Below are positions 38,498 to 47,138 of a stretch of 64,000 bases of DNA, in pieces. Position 1 is the first letter of the stretch, and each line of letters begins with the position of its first letter. The notes under the pieces are model-generated. The model was not told the DNA's origin. It did no database searches and saw only the letters and a program-made list of their open reading frames with translations. Origin of the DNA: Clostridiales bacterium (GTDB lineage: Bacteria; Bacillota; Clostridia; Christensenellales; Pumilibacteraceae); the NCBI GenBank assembly GCA_022511445.1, contig JAFLVE010000012.1, forward strand, positions 26,514-90,513, written 5' to 3'. A program made the translations under genes and the position numbers.

Positions 38498-39109
38498 ATG
38501 AAGAAGATTTTGAAGGAATTCAAAGAATTCATCACCCGCGGCAACGTTGTCGACCTTGCCGTAGGTATGATTATCGGCGCGGCGTTCACCGCTATAGTGA
38601 CCGCGCTCGTCAACGGTGTGTTTAAGCCGCTTATCGACATGATCCCCATGGGCAATCTCGACGGACTTATCACCATTCTAATCGGCAGGGACGTGGACGG
38701 CAACGTCGTGTCCGATCCGTACGGCGCCGGCGCCGCGCTCGTCGATTTGTCCAAGTCGACGTACATCGATTGGGGCGCGTTCATTATGGCGATTGTCAAC
38801 TTCCTTTTGACTGCGCTCGTTCTGTTTATCATCATCAAGGCGATTAACACCGTCAGAGGCGGATTGGAAGCAGGAAAAATCAATCTCGACAAGGAAGAAG
38901 TCAAACGCCTTAAGGGCGAGGGCATGAGCCGCAAGCAGATTAAAGCCTACGCCGAGCAAAAGGCGAAAGAGGAAGCGGAGAAAAAGGCGGCGGAGGAAAA
39001 AGCCAACGCTCCCGAAACCGCCGAGCATATCCTCGGCGAAATACGCGAGCTCCTCAAAGCTGTTAACCCCGAGGCCGCCGCAAAGCTCAACGAGACAAAA
39101 TCGAAATAA
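38498..39109 (+). CDS. mscL: large-conductance mechanosensitive channel with K/E-rich C-terminal extension
   Basis: MKKILKEFKEFITRGNVVDLAVGMIIGAAF is the canonical MscL N-terminus. ATG at 38498 follows an AAGGAG ribosome-binding site. Confidence 0.9.
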   Translation: MKKILKEFKEFITRGNVVDLAVGMIIGAAFTAIVTALVNGVFKPLIDMIPMGNLDGLITILIGRDVDGNVVSDPYGAGAALVDLSKSTYIDWGAFIMAIVNFLLTALVLFIIIKAINTVRGGLEAGKINLDKEEVKRLKGEGMSRKQIKAYAEQKAKEEAEKKAAEEKANAPETAEHILGEIRELLKAVNPEAAAKLNETKSK

Positions 39110-39158
39110 TAAAGCAAAGAAAAAGCCCGCATTGTGGTGTTTGCGAAATGAAATATAA

Positions 39159-39564
39159 TCGGTATTATACCGCAGTGGTATAATACCGATTTTGTATTCG
39201 TCGCAAATATGCTATTGCAAGCAAGTTTACTCCTCGAATCGCAAACACCATAATCATATTTGTTTAACAGTAATTGCGGCGGATCGCCCGGATTCCTCGA
39301 CAAGCTCGGAATGACGGACGGTAGTAAAAACGTTACCGCTTAAATTAAGTATAGTTGCACTTACTACCGCCTGCCCATCATTTCGACCGAAGTGAGCGCA
39401 GCGAACGCAGCGGAGCTTACAGCCCCTCACCGTCTAACGGCGGAGCTCCCCTTACACAGGGGAGCCTAAGGCGAAGCCGCATAGTAAAAGTATAGCCCAC
39501 TATACTTCACTTATAAAGTATAGTGGGCTTTTTCGTCCGCGGGTAAATCCCTATGAAAGACACC
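39159..39564 (+). repeat. right copy of the inverted repeat element (partner at 12093-12460); candidate ~400-nt transcribed element
   Basis: See the left copy. It begins with a perfect 14-bp hairpin (atcggtattatacc/ggtataataccgat) and ends with a hairpin plus T-run at 39495-39533. Confidence 0.8.
39495..39533 (+). terminator. intrinsic terminator closing the repeat element
   Basis: GCCCACTATACTTcacttataAAGTATAGTGGGCttttt. Confidence 0.65.
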
Positions 39565-39648
39565 GTTCGGGCGACGTTTAATAGCAATATATTGCAAAAT
39601 AAAACTCCCCCTCGGCGATAATTCCAAGGGGGATTTTTTATCCTAATA

Positions 39649-41247
39649 CTATTTCTTAAACAGCTTGGAAAACAGCTTGCTTCCCGAAGGCTTTTCGTCT
39701 TTTTTGTCCTCTTTCTTTTCAGGCGTTTTCGGCTTTGTCGCAGTCGTAGCGGTCGTCTTTGCCGTTGCCGCGGTTGCGGGTTTAGTAGCGGCAGTCGCAG
39801 TCGCAGTTTTCGGAGCCGTCGTTGCAGTGGCTTTGGTGGTTGCGGAGGCGGCAGGCTTTGCCGAAGTCGCGGGTTTTACCGTAGTTGCGGCGGTCGGCTT
39901 TGCGGGCGTTACCGCAGGCTTTGTCGCAGTCGATGTCGCAGGTTTCGTTGCAGAAGCCGCGGGTTTTGCCGTGGCGGCTGACGTAGCGGGTTTTGCCGCA
40001 GTCGAAGTCGCGGGCTTTGAAGTTGAAGCGGGGTTTGTCGTGGGCGACGCCGTTCTTGCGACGGGGCGAACCTGTACGGTCGGGGTGGGGGTAACTGTTA
40101 TCGGTCTCGATACGGGCTTTACCTGCACGGGCGCGACGGGCTTTGACGGCGCTCCCGTATTCGGCGAGGCGGCCGTTATGCCTGCGGCCGTGCGCGGAAT
40201 TATCGTTTTCTGCGGGGAGGCGGGCGCGGGAGCGTCGGTCGTTATTACGGTAGAGCGCGAGCCGCGCGCGTTGTACAGACCGTTTATCATGTTCTGCACG
40301 TCCTGAAAGCGTTTCGCCTTGTCGACGGCGAGCGCTTTCATGAGCGCGTTTTCCACGGACGTGGCGATTGCTACGCCCATTTCGGACGGGCGCTTTATAG
40401 CTTCCTTGCCCATCATGACTCTAATCGATTCGGGCGGGAGAGTGCCCGTAATAGCGTAGTAAATCGTAACGCCGAGCGCGTACACGTCCGTCCAAGGACC
40501 TTGCTCGCCGTGGGTGTCGTACTGCTCAGGCGGAGCGAAGCCTTGCTTTAGCACGATGGAAAGCGATTTGCCGTCGGGGTTTGAATACTTGGCGGCGCCG
40601 AAGTCGATAAGCTTGACCTCGTTGTTCTTTGTTATAAGAATGTTGTCGGGCGAGATGTCGCGGTGGATAAGTCCCAATTTATGGACCTGAACAAGCGATT
40701 CCATAACGGGGCGCATAATGGTAAGCACCTCGTCGACGGATATTTTCCCGCCCTTGCGTTGAAGGTACTTTTTGAGCGACACGCCGTCGAGAAACTCCAT
40801 TACGATATACGCCGTGCCGTTTGCGGAAAAGAAGTCGCGGACGTTGACGACGCCCGAAAGGTTTTTTATTTTTGCGAGCGCGCGCGCCTCGTCCACAAAG
40901 CGTTTCATGCCGCGGTTGCTTGCCTGTTGGTTTTGCTTGGAGTTTATGATAACCTGGTTGTTGCCCGCAACGCGCGTTACGTAGCCGGACGGGAAATATT
41001 CCTTGACCGCAACCTTAACGCCCTGCTGAAGATCCCAGGCAAGATAGGTAATGCCGAAACCGCCTTCGCCGAGCGCCTTGCCTATAAGATAGCGGTTTTG
41101 CGGGCCGATTACGGTGCGCTGAGGCAGGTGGTGGGGCGGGGAAGGATTGTCGTCCGCTTTTTTATGGCAGTTCATACATGTTCGCTGACTGTCGAGGTCA
41201 CCGAAGCAGTACAAACATATGTTTTTGTTTGTTCTGACCCTTGCCAT
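39649..41247 (-). CDS. Hanks-type Ser/Thr protein kinase with N-terminal zinc ribbon and C-terminal KPATS-rich low-complexity tail
   Basis: CLYCFGDLDSQRTCMNCH, then GEGGFGITYLA...VAVKE, HRDISPDNIL, DFGAAK and APPE. There are no PASTA repeats or TM helix. Confidence 0.9.
   Translation of the reverse strand: MARVRTNKNICLYCFGDLDSQRTCMNCHKKADDNPSPPHHLPQRTVIGPQNRYLIGKALGEGGFGITYLAWDLQQGVKVAVKEYFPSGYVTRVAGNNQVIINSKQNQQASNRGMKRFVDEARALAKIKNLSGVVNVRDFFSANGTAYIVMEFLDGVSLKKYLQRKGGKISVDEVLTIMRPVMESLVQVHKLGLIHRDISPDNILITKNNEVKLIDFGAAKYSNPDGKSLSIVLKQGFAPPEQYDTHGEQGPWTDVYALGVTIYYAITGTLPPESIRVMMGKEAIKRPSEMGVAIATSVENALMKALAVDKAKRFQDVQNMINGLYNARGSRSTVITTDAPAPASPQKTIIPRTAAGITAASPNTGAPSKPVAPVQVKPVSRPITVTPTPTVQVRPVARTASPTTNPASTSKPATSTAAKPATSAATAKPAASATKPATSTATKPAVTPAKPTAATTVKPATSAKPAASATTKATATTAPKTATATAATKPATAATAKTTATTATKPKTPEKKEDKKDEKPSGSKLFSKLFKK
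39700..40110 (-). repeat. degenerate short tandem repeats encoding (K)PA(T/A)(S/T)A tracts
   Basis: Repeated gcgggtttt/gcaggcttt...gtcgc units visible on the plus strand. The protein reads TSKPATSTAAKPATSAATAKPAASATKPATSTATKPAV... Confidence 0.6.
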
Positions 41248-41256
41248 AGCCTTCTC

Positions 41257-42006
41257 CTATTCGGTAACTATAGCTACGATTGCGGTGTAGTTGTCGTTGT
41301 ACTTGGTAATGCGCTCGAGGAGCCGCGCCTCCAAACGTGCGAGCACTTCCTCGGGATTGTCGGAGGAAGCGAGGTCCTCTTCCATCTCCTCCTCGTACAC
41401 GTACTCCCAAAATCCGTCGGTGCAGATTATAAACGCGTCGCCCGCACAGAGCGGGGAGTTATACACGTCGCAGTCGGGCGGAATGTAGTAGTCGGAGCCG
41501 AGCACGCGGGTCAGCTTGTTCTGGTCCTTGTGCGTGCGGATATCGCGGAGCGAAACTTGCCCCATTTCCACCGCAATCTGCGCCAAGGAATGGTCCTTGG
41601 TCTGATAGTGCAGTTTTTTGTTCTTAAAAAAGTAAATGCGCGTGTCGCCTATGTGCGACATCACCGTCGAGTTGAAATCGGTAACAACGCAAGCCACCGT
41701 AGTGCACGACGACTTAATCTTGGGATTTTTCTCCTTTTCGTCGGTTACGCAGTTATGCGCGGTCTGAATGTAGCTTTGGACAAACTCCGGCTTGACGGCG
41801 CGCGCGGGATCGAGCTCCTTTATCTGCTTGTAGTTTTCCACAACCTTGTTGGCGCACGTCTTGCTGGCGACCTCGCTCCCGTAGTACGAGCCGAGTCCGT
41901 CGCACACGACAAGGCACGCCCCGTCGTCCGATACCGTCATGTCGAGATAGTCCTGGTTGTACTCCCGACCGCCTTGCTTGCACAGTGAACTTGTAACGAT
42001 TTTCAT
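41257..42006 (-). CDS. PP2C-family Ser/Thr phosphatase
   Basis: REYNQDY...LVVCDGLGS and the DGFWE motif. It lies 9 nt upstream of the kinase gene. Confidence 0.9.
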   Translation of the reverse strand: MKIVTSSLCKQGGREYNQDYLDMTVSDDGACLVVCDGLGSYYGSEVASKTCANKVVENYKQIKELDPARAVKPEFVQSYIQTAHNCVTDEKEKNPKIKSSCTTVACVVTDFNSTVMSHIGDTRIYFFKNKKLHYQTKDHSLAQIAVEMGQVSLRDIRTHKDQNKLTRVLGSDYYIPPDCDVYNSPLCAGDAFIICTDGFWEYVYEEEMEEDLASSDNPEEVLARLEARLLERITKYNDNYTAIVAIVTE

Positions 42007-42192
42007 ACTAACTCCGCACCGTATATGGCATAAAACTCCATATTACGCTTTTATACATTCAGTATATAATATAAGTTGCGGATAGTCAAGAGTTTTGAAA
42101 AAATAGACTTGTCGAATACCTGCTGCGGAGATATTGACAGCAAGGTGATATCGGGATATAATGTATTCGGATATTATAATTTCGGTGGAAAC

Positions 42193-42966
42193 ATGTTAAA
42201 CAGTTTTTCGAGAACGGAGCTTCTTTTGGGTAAGGATGGATTACAGCGGCTTAAACGCGCGCGCGTCGCCGTGTTCGGAATAGGCGGCGTGGGCGGTTAT
42301 GCGGTGGAAGCGCTCGCGCGCTCGGGCGTGGGCGCAATCGACATTATCGACGACGACAAGGTGTGCCTTACCAACATCAACCGCCAAATAATAGCAACCC
42401 GCAAGACGGTTGGAAAGTTCAAGGTGGACGTCGCCGCCGAAAGAATAGCCGAAATCAATCCCGAATGCGTTGTGACTAAGCATAAAACGTTTTATATGCC
42501 CGATACCGCCGACAGCTTTGACTTTACGCTATTCGACTACGTTATCGACGCGATAGATACCGTGACGGGGAAGATAGAGCTTGTCGTACAGGCGGCAAGG
42601 TCGAACACGCCTATTATAAGCTGTATGGGTGCGGGCAATAAGCTCGACCCGACTGAATTCGAGGTGGCGGATATTTACAAAACGTCGGTGTGTCCGCTGG
42701 CGCGCGTCATGCGGCGCGAGCTAAAAAAGCGGGGGATAGAAAGGCTTAAGGTCGTTTACTCCAAGGAAGAGCCGGTCCGCCCCGACGACGGAGCCGAAAT
42801 AAGCTGCAAAAATAACTGTATCTGTCCGCCCGGAACCGCGAGAAAATGCACGGAGCGGCGGGATATTCCGGGCAGCGTCGCGTTCGTCCCCGCCGTCGCC
42901 GGGCTTATAATCGCGGGAGAAGTGATTAAAGACCTTTGCGCCGGAGCGCCTTCGGCGAGTGAATAG
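42193..42966 (+). CDS. tcdA: tRNA threonylcarbamoyladenosine dehydratase (ThiF/E1-like)
   Basis: FSRTELLLGKDGLQRLKRARVAVFGIGGVGG...IDDDKVCLTNINRQ is typical of TcdA/CsdL. The ATG at 42193 is chosen over the longer ORF. Confidence 0.85.
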   Translation: MLNSFSRTELLLGKDGLQRLKRARVAVFGIGGVGGYAVEALARSGVGAIDIIDDDKVCLTNINRQIIATRKTVGKFKVDVAAERIAEINPECVVTKHKTFYMPDTADSFDFTLFDYVIDAIDTVTGKIELVVQAARSNTPIISCMGAGNKLDPTEFEVADIYKTSVCPLARVMRRELKKRGIERLKVVYSKEEPVRPDDGAEISCKNNCICPPGTARKCTERRDIPGSVAFVPAVAGLIIAGEVIKDLCAGAPSASE

Positions 42967-43119
42967 GTAAGAGTGAATAGTGAATAAATAAGGGCCGCTT
43001 CGCGGTCTTTTATTTTAACCGCTCGACGGCATTAAAACGGAGAGTTTTTTCGCCGTCAAAAGCGGGCGGGCAAGATTGCGGCAGGTGTAGAAAAAAATCG
43101 TGTTTTTTTGCCGAAACAC

Positions 43120-43148
43120 TTGCAATGAAATGTGGTATGTGCTATAAT
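43120..43148 (+). promoter_or_regulatory. sigma-A-type promoter (TTGCAA-17-TGcTATAAT) with a ~160-nt leader
   Basis: Near-consensus extended -10 promoter. The start codon lies at 43316. Confidence 0.55.
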
Positions 43149-43315
43149 CCCCATTAGATATTTTTGTGCCGTTTTGCCGTGATATGCGAGTCGAATCCAA
43201 GCGAATTTTATACGCTTCGGCAAAGCCGTTCGGTAAGGATAATATAATGATAAATATTATCGCGTTACCGTTTTGAGGCGCAGAGCGACATGATTTTTTC
43301 GATTAAGAGGTACGA

Positions 43316-45385
43316 ATGAAAATACTTACTATCGAGCTTGAAGACAGATGGATTTTTGCTCACCGCGACGATGAGGAATTACCCATTGCCGTACTAAAGG
43401 CGGAGCTTGCCAAGGTTAAAGGCGTTTCCGTAACGTCGAGCTCTCTTACCGCCGTTACGCTCGAATACGACGAGAAAAGCTCCGACTGCGCCGACATCAA
43501 GGGTTTTGTCACCCGTCTTTTCAACGAAAAGTACCCGGGCGATCCGGTAGAGGAAATAGCGTCCTTCGAGCTCTCCGACGCGGAGGCGCCGACCAAGGAA
43601 AAGGACGAAGCCGAAAAAGAGGTGGGTGCCGCGGAAAGCGAAAGCGAGCCGCCCGCTCCCGTCCAATCGCCTTCCGAAGGCGTGCAGGCTGCTCTCGAGA
43701 AGGCGGAAAAAGAGCGCAAGTACAGATGCGCCGCCGCGCTTGAAAAGATAAACGGGCTTGTGGGCGCCGCGGAGTTTAAGGCGCTTGCAAAGGAAGTCGC
43801 GGAGGTCGCGGACGAGATTAAGCGCACGCAGACCGCCGACGTGTTTATGAACAGGTGCTATTTGTTTTCGATAGGCGACGGCGACGGACTTTCCACCTAT
43901 CTAGATTTATTCGGAAAGCTTATTTACGCTCACGATATTTGCAAAATGGCGTCCCGTCCTGTAAACGAGGTTGCGCTCGGGCCGTATCCGTACAGACCCG
44001 AAAATCAGGGACCCGATCCGTTCTCGGCGGCGCGCACGCTCGTAGAGGGCGGCGTATCCTCAAGCGTCAGAATAATCTGCGTAGATATTTGCGAGTGGAT
44101 GAATCACACCGACGACCGCTATTTTAAGCAGTTTTTACGCGTCGTCGAAAAGAACTACCACACGCATATTGTCGTTTTCAGAGTGCCGTTTGTGGACAAG
44201 GACGTGCTTGCCAAGATAAAATATTCGCTTTCCGACCTTCTTTCCATAAAGACGGTTTCCTTCCCGCCGCTCAGTCGGGACGAGCTGAAGGTTTGCGCGG
44301 AGGCTGAGCTTAAGCGCTATAACTTTACAGTTGCTAACGCGGCGTGGAAATACTTTTTTACCCGCATAGCCGAGGAAAAGAGCGACGGCAAGTTCTACGG
44401 CATGAACACCGTAAAAAAAGTGGTGCGCGAGCTCGTTTACCAAAAACACGTTTCCAACGCGCACAAGACCGTAAAGAGCAGTCAGATTACCGCCGGCGAC
44501 GCGAAAGCCTTATGCTACAACGCGGACGGCGACAGCCTTTCCGGAATGGAAATGCTTAATAAGCTTGTCGGCGTGGAAAGCATTAAAAAGCGCGTCGAGG
44601 AGATTATCGCTCAAATCGAGCTTGCGGTTAAGGAGGATCCCAAGGACCGCCCCTGCATACATATGCGCTTTGTCGGTAACCCCGGCACGGGCAAAACGAC
44701 TATTGCGCGCGTTATCGGCAAGATACTTAAGGAAAAGGGAATTTTGCGTATCGGCGCGTTCTTCGAATACGCCGGCCGCGATTTTTGCGGAAGGTACGTG
44801 GGCGAAACGGCGCCCAAAACCTCGAGCATCTGCCGCGACGCGTACGGCTCGGTGCTGTTTATAGACGAGGCGTATTCGCTGTACAGGAGCGACAGAGATT
44901 CCGTCGACTACGGCAGGGAGGCGCTCGACACGCTGATTGCCGAAATGGAAAATCACCGCACCGACCTTGTCGTAATAATGGCGGGGTATACGCAGGATAT
45001 GAACAAGCTTATGGAGGGCAACGCGGGCTTGGCGAGCAGAATGCCGTACACTATCGAGTTCCCCAATTTTACAAGGGAACAGCTTTACGACATTTTCGTT
45101 TCCATGGCGAGCGAAAAGTTCAAATGCGACGGCGACGTGCTCGATTCCGCCAGAAAGTTCTTCGACGGACTGCCCGACGCGCTGATAAGCGCAAAGGAAT
45201 TTTCCAACGCGAGGTTTGTACGCAACCTGTTCGAGCGCACCTGGGCAAAGGCGGCAATGCGCTGCCAGCTTGCAGGCAAAAAGAATATCTCCTTGATTAG
45301 GGAGGACTTCGAGCAGGCGAGCGCGGACAAGGAGTTCGCAGGCAATAATATTCCGAAAAAAACCAGAATAGGTTTTAATATTTAA
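43316..45385 (+). CDS. SpoVK/CbbX-family AAA ATPase with N-terminal domain, acidic linker and a degenerate first AAA-like module
   Basis: Functional cassette: FVGNPGTGKTT, VLFIDEAYSL, VVIMAGY. The upstream module lacks a P-loop. Confidence 0.85.
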   Translation: MKILTIELEDRWIFAHRDDEELPIAVLKAELAKVKGVSVTSSSLTAVTLEYDEKSSDCADIKGFVTRLFNEKYPGDPVEEIASFELSDAEAPTKEKDEAEKEVGAAESESEPPAPVQSPSEGVQAALEKAEKERKYRCAAALEKINGLVGAAEFKALAKEVAEVADEIKRTQTADVFMNRCYLFSIGDGDGLSTYLDLFGKLIYAHDICKMASRPVNEVALGPYPYRPENQGPDPFSAARTLVEGGVSSSVRIICVDICEWMNHTDDRYFKQFLRVVEKNYHTHIVVFRVPFVDKDVLAKIKYSLSDLLSIKTVSFPPLSRDELKVCAEAELKRYNFTVANAAWKYFFTRIAEEKSDGKFYGMNTVKKVVRELVYQKHVSNAHKTVKSSQITAGDAKALCYNADGDSLSGMEMLNKLVGVESIKKRVEEIIAQIELAVKEDPKDRPCIHMRFVGNPGTGKTTIARVIGKILKEKGILRIGAFFEYAGRDFCGRYVGETAPKTSSICRDAYGSVLFIDEAYSLYRSDRDSVDYGREALDTLIAEMENHRTDLVVIMAGYTQDMNKLMEGNAGLASRMPYTIEFPNFTREQLYDIFVSMASEKFKCDGDVLDSARKFFDGLPDALISAKEFSNARFVRNLFERTWAKAAMRCQLAGKKNISLIREDFEQASADKEFAGNNIPKKTRIGFNI

Positions 45386-45400
45386 TTGGAGGGAGTCAAG

Positions 45401-45877
45401 ATGACAGACGAAAAAAGTTTAAAACAGGCCAAAGCGGTTTACGGCGCACTTTGCGAAATGCTGAACGACCGTGGTTGGCGCTACGACAAAGACGAAGCGG
45501 GGTTGAGCATTTCGTGCAGCGCTCAGGGCGACGATTTGCCTATCGAGCTTCACATCAGGGTGGACACGCAGCGCAATCTTGTTTCGCTTCTGTCCCCGAT
45601 GCCGTTTACCGTTGCTCCTAACCGCAGGGACGCACTCGCGCTTGCGGTAAGTCGCGCAAACAACGGCATGGTAGACGGAAGCTTCGACTACGACTACGTA
45701 AACGGCCGTATCGTGTTCAGAATGACGTCGAGCTATCTCGAGAGTCTTATCGGCAAGAACATGTTCGAGTACATGCTTATGTGTGCGTGCTACACCATAG
45801 ACGAGTACAACGACAAGTTCCTTGTTGTAGCCAAAAACGAAATGTCGTTCGCCGAAATCGCGAACTACATTAAATAA
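45401..45877 (+). CDS. YbjN-family (T3SS-chaperone-like fold) protein, paralog 1
   Basis: KQAKAVYGALCEMLNDRGWRYDKD...LVSLLSPMPFTV...DGSFDYDY..GRIVFRMTSSY. ATG at 45401 follows GGAGGGAG. Confidence 0.65.
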   Translation: MTDEKSLKQAKAVYGALCEMLNDRGWRYDKDEAGLSISCSAQGDDLPIELHIRVDTQRNLVSLLSPMPFTVAPNRRDALALAVSRANNGMVDGSFDYDYVNGRIVFRMTSSYLESLIGKNMFEYMLMCACYTIDEYNDKFLVVAKNEMSFAEIANYIK

Positions 45878-45888
45878 GGAGGTAAATC

Positions 45889-46368
45889 ATGGTAGACGAG
45901 AAGAAATTAAAAAAGGCACAGACCGTGTACGAAACCCTGTGCGCGATGTTGGACGAAAAGAAATTCCATTACGACAAGCACCCGCAGGATTTGGTTATCA
46001 CCTTCGTTATGCACGGCGACGATATCCCCATGCAGTTTATAGTTAAGGTGGACGCGCAAAGAGATCTTGTTCGCGTAGTTTCGCCTATTCCCGGCGTAGA
46101 GTTCCCGACCGATAAGCGCCTTATCGGCGCAATCGCCACGTCCACAGCCAACTACAAGCTTGCGGACGGCAGCTTCGACTACGACTACGATACCGGCAAG
46201 GTGGCGTTCAGGCTCACGTCGAGCTACCTCGACAGCATAATCTCCAAACAGCTGCTCGAGTACATGATAGGCGTTTCCGGCTACACTATCGACGAGTTTA
46301 ACGACAAGTTCCTGTTGCTTGCAACGGGCGGCATGACGATTGACGACTTTGTCAAAAAGTACAAATAA
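45889..46368 (+). CDS. YbjN-family protein, paralog 2
   Basis: Collinear with paralog 1 (KKAQTVYETLCAMLDEKKFHYDKH...DGSFDYDYDTGKVAFRLTSSY). Confidence 0.65.
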   Translation: MVDEKKLKKAQTVYETLCAMLDEKKFHYDKHPQDLVITFVMHGDDIPMQFIVKVDAQRDLVRVVSPIPGVEFPTDKRLIGAIATSTANYKLADGSFDYDYDTGKVAFRLTSSYLDSIISKQLLEYMIGVSGYTIDEFNDKFLLLATGGMTIDDFVKKYK

Positions 46369-46404
46369 TCGCCGATAATTCGATTTTAATTCCAAAACAA
46401 ACAT

Positions 46405-46439
46405 ACCCGCGGCGTAAAGCGCGCGGGTTTTGTTGTTTT
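46405..46439. terminator. bidirectional intrinsic terminator between convergent operons
   Basis: aaacaaacataCCCGCGgcgtaaagcgCGCGGGttttgttgtttt. A-rich on the 5' side and T-rich on the 3' side. Confidence 0.7.
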
Positions 46440-46487
46440 AAAGAATTATATGATTTACGGTTAAGTTCGGTTAGGGGATACGGTTTT

Positions 46488-47138
46488 TTACGGTTTGAAG
46501 CTACGGAGAAGCTTACATAGGAAATCGTTTTCGGTAAAGGAAGGGTTATTAAAAATCAGCGAGTCGCGGATTTTTTTGCCCTCGCGCGTGCGGATTTTCT
46601 TGTCGGAAACTTCGTTCAGCCATTCGAGGCAGGATTCTTTCGTGTATTTTACACGCCCGTCGACGCAATATATAAAATATCTGTGTACGCCTTGTATATA
46701 ATCGATTTCCTTTGCGATTTTGGCATTGATGTTTTGCGGGTTTCCCGACTCCATGTCCTTCCACAGTTCGTCCAGTTTATCGAAAAGGGCGACATTGTCG
46801 CGACCCGATTTAGCCGCCTCCAAAAACGTGTGAACGGATTGATATTCGCGGCGCTTATCCTCGGCGCTTTTCGTGCCGCGTATTTTATCGCCGATATCTA
46901 TTTCCCCGAAGTCGTGTATCATTACCAAAAATACGGTTAAATCCTTATCGTAATCTTTATAAAGCTCGTCGGAAGCGTTCAGCTCCGTTTTATCGGGCAG
47001 GAGGCACAACAAGATAACCGCGGAGCTCAGCGAGTGCGAGGAAACCGATTCGGGGTTATCTATGCCTCGTTTTATCCAGCCCGAGCGTTTTATTTCATCT
47101 ATTTTAAGATACTTGTTCAGCGCTTCGATAATATTCAT
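46488..47138 (-). CDS. YfbR/HDDC2-type HD-domain phosphohydrolase (5'-deoxynucleotidase-like)
   Basis: KRSGW, PESVSSHS and VMIHDFGEIDIGD (HD at nt 46911-46916), plus a downstream EIDY acidic motif. The start overlaps the upstream stop codon (TAATG). Confidence 0.85.
   Translation of the reverse strand: MNIIEALNKYLKIDEIKRSGWIKRGIDNPESVSSHSLSSAVILLCLLPDKTELNASDELYKDYDKDLTVFLVMIHDFGEIDIGDKIRGTKSAEDKRREYQSVHTFLEAAKSGRDNVALFDKLDELWKDMESGNPQNINAKIAKEIDYIQGVHRYFIYCVDGRVKYTKESCLEWLNEVSDKKIRTREGKKIRDSLIFNNPSFTENDFLCKLLRSFKP

Noticed and set aside
12093-39564. Inverted repeats as ends of a composite transposon or large mobile element
   Set aside because: No transposase or recombinase lies inside or beside the repeats. 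The bracketed DNA includes core genes (recR, ybaB, parA, tRNA). The repeat belongs to a dispersed hairpin-module family.
39700-40110. Short periodic repeats that could be mistaken for a CRISPR array or minisatellite (also 23800-24400)
   Set aside because: Both lie in frame inside well-supported genes and encode protein repeats. There is no repeat-spacer architecture and there are no cas genes in the window.
40663-41988. 441-aa plus-strand ORF spanning the kinase and phosphatase genes
   Set aside because: The minus strand encodes unmistakable Hanks kinase and PP2C motifs. The plus-strand ORF crosses the intergenic gap and has no recognisable domains.
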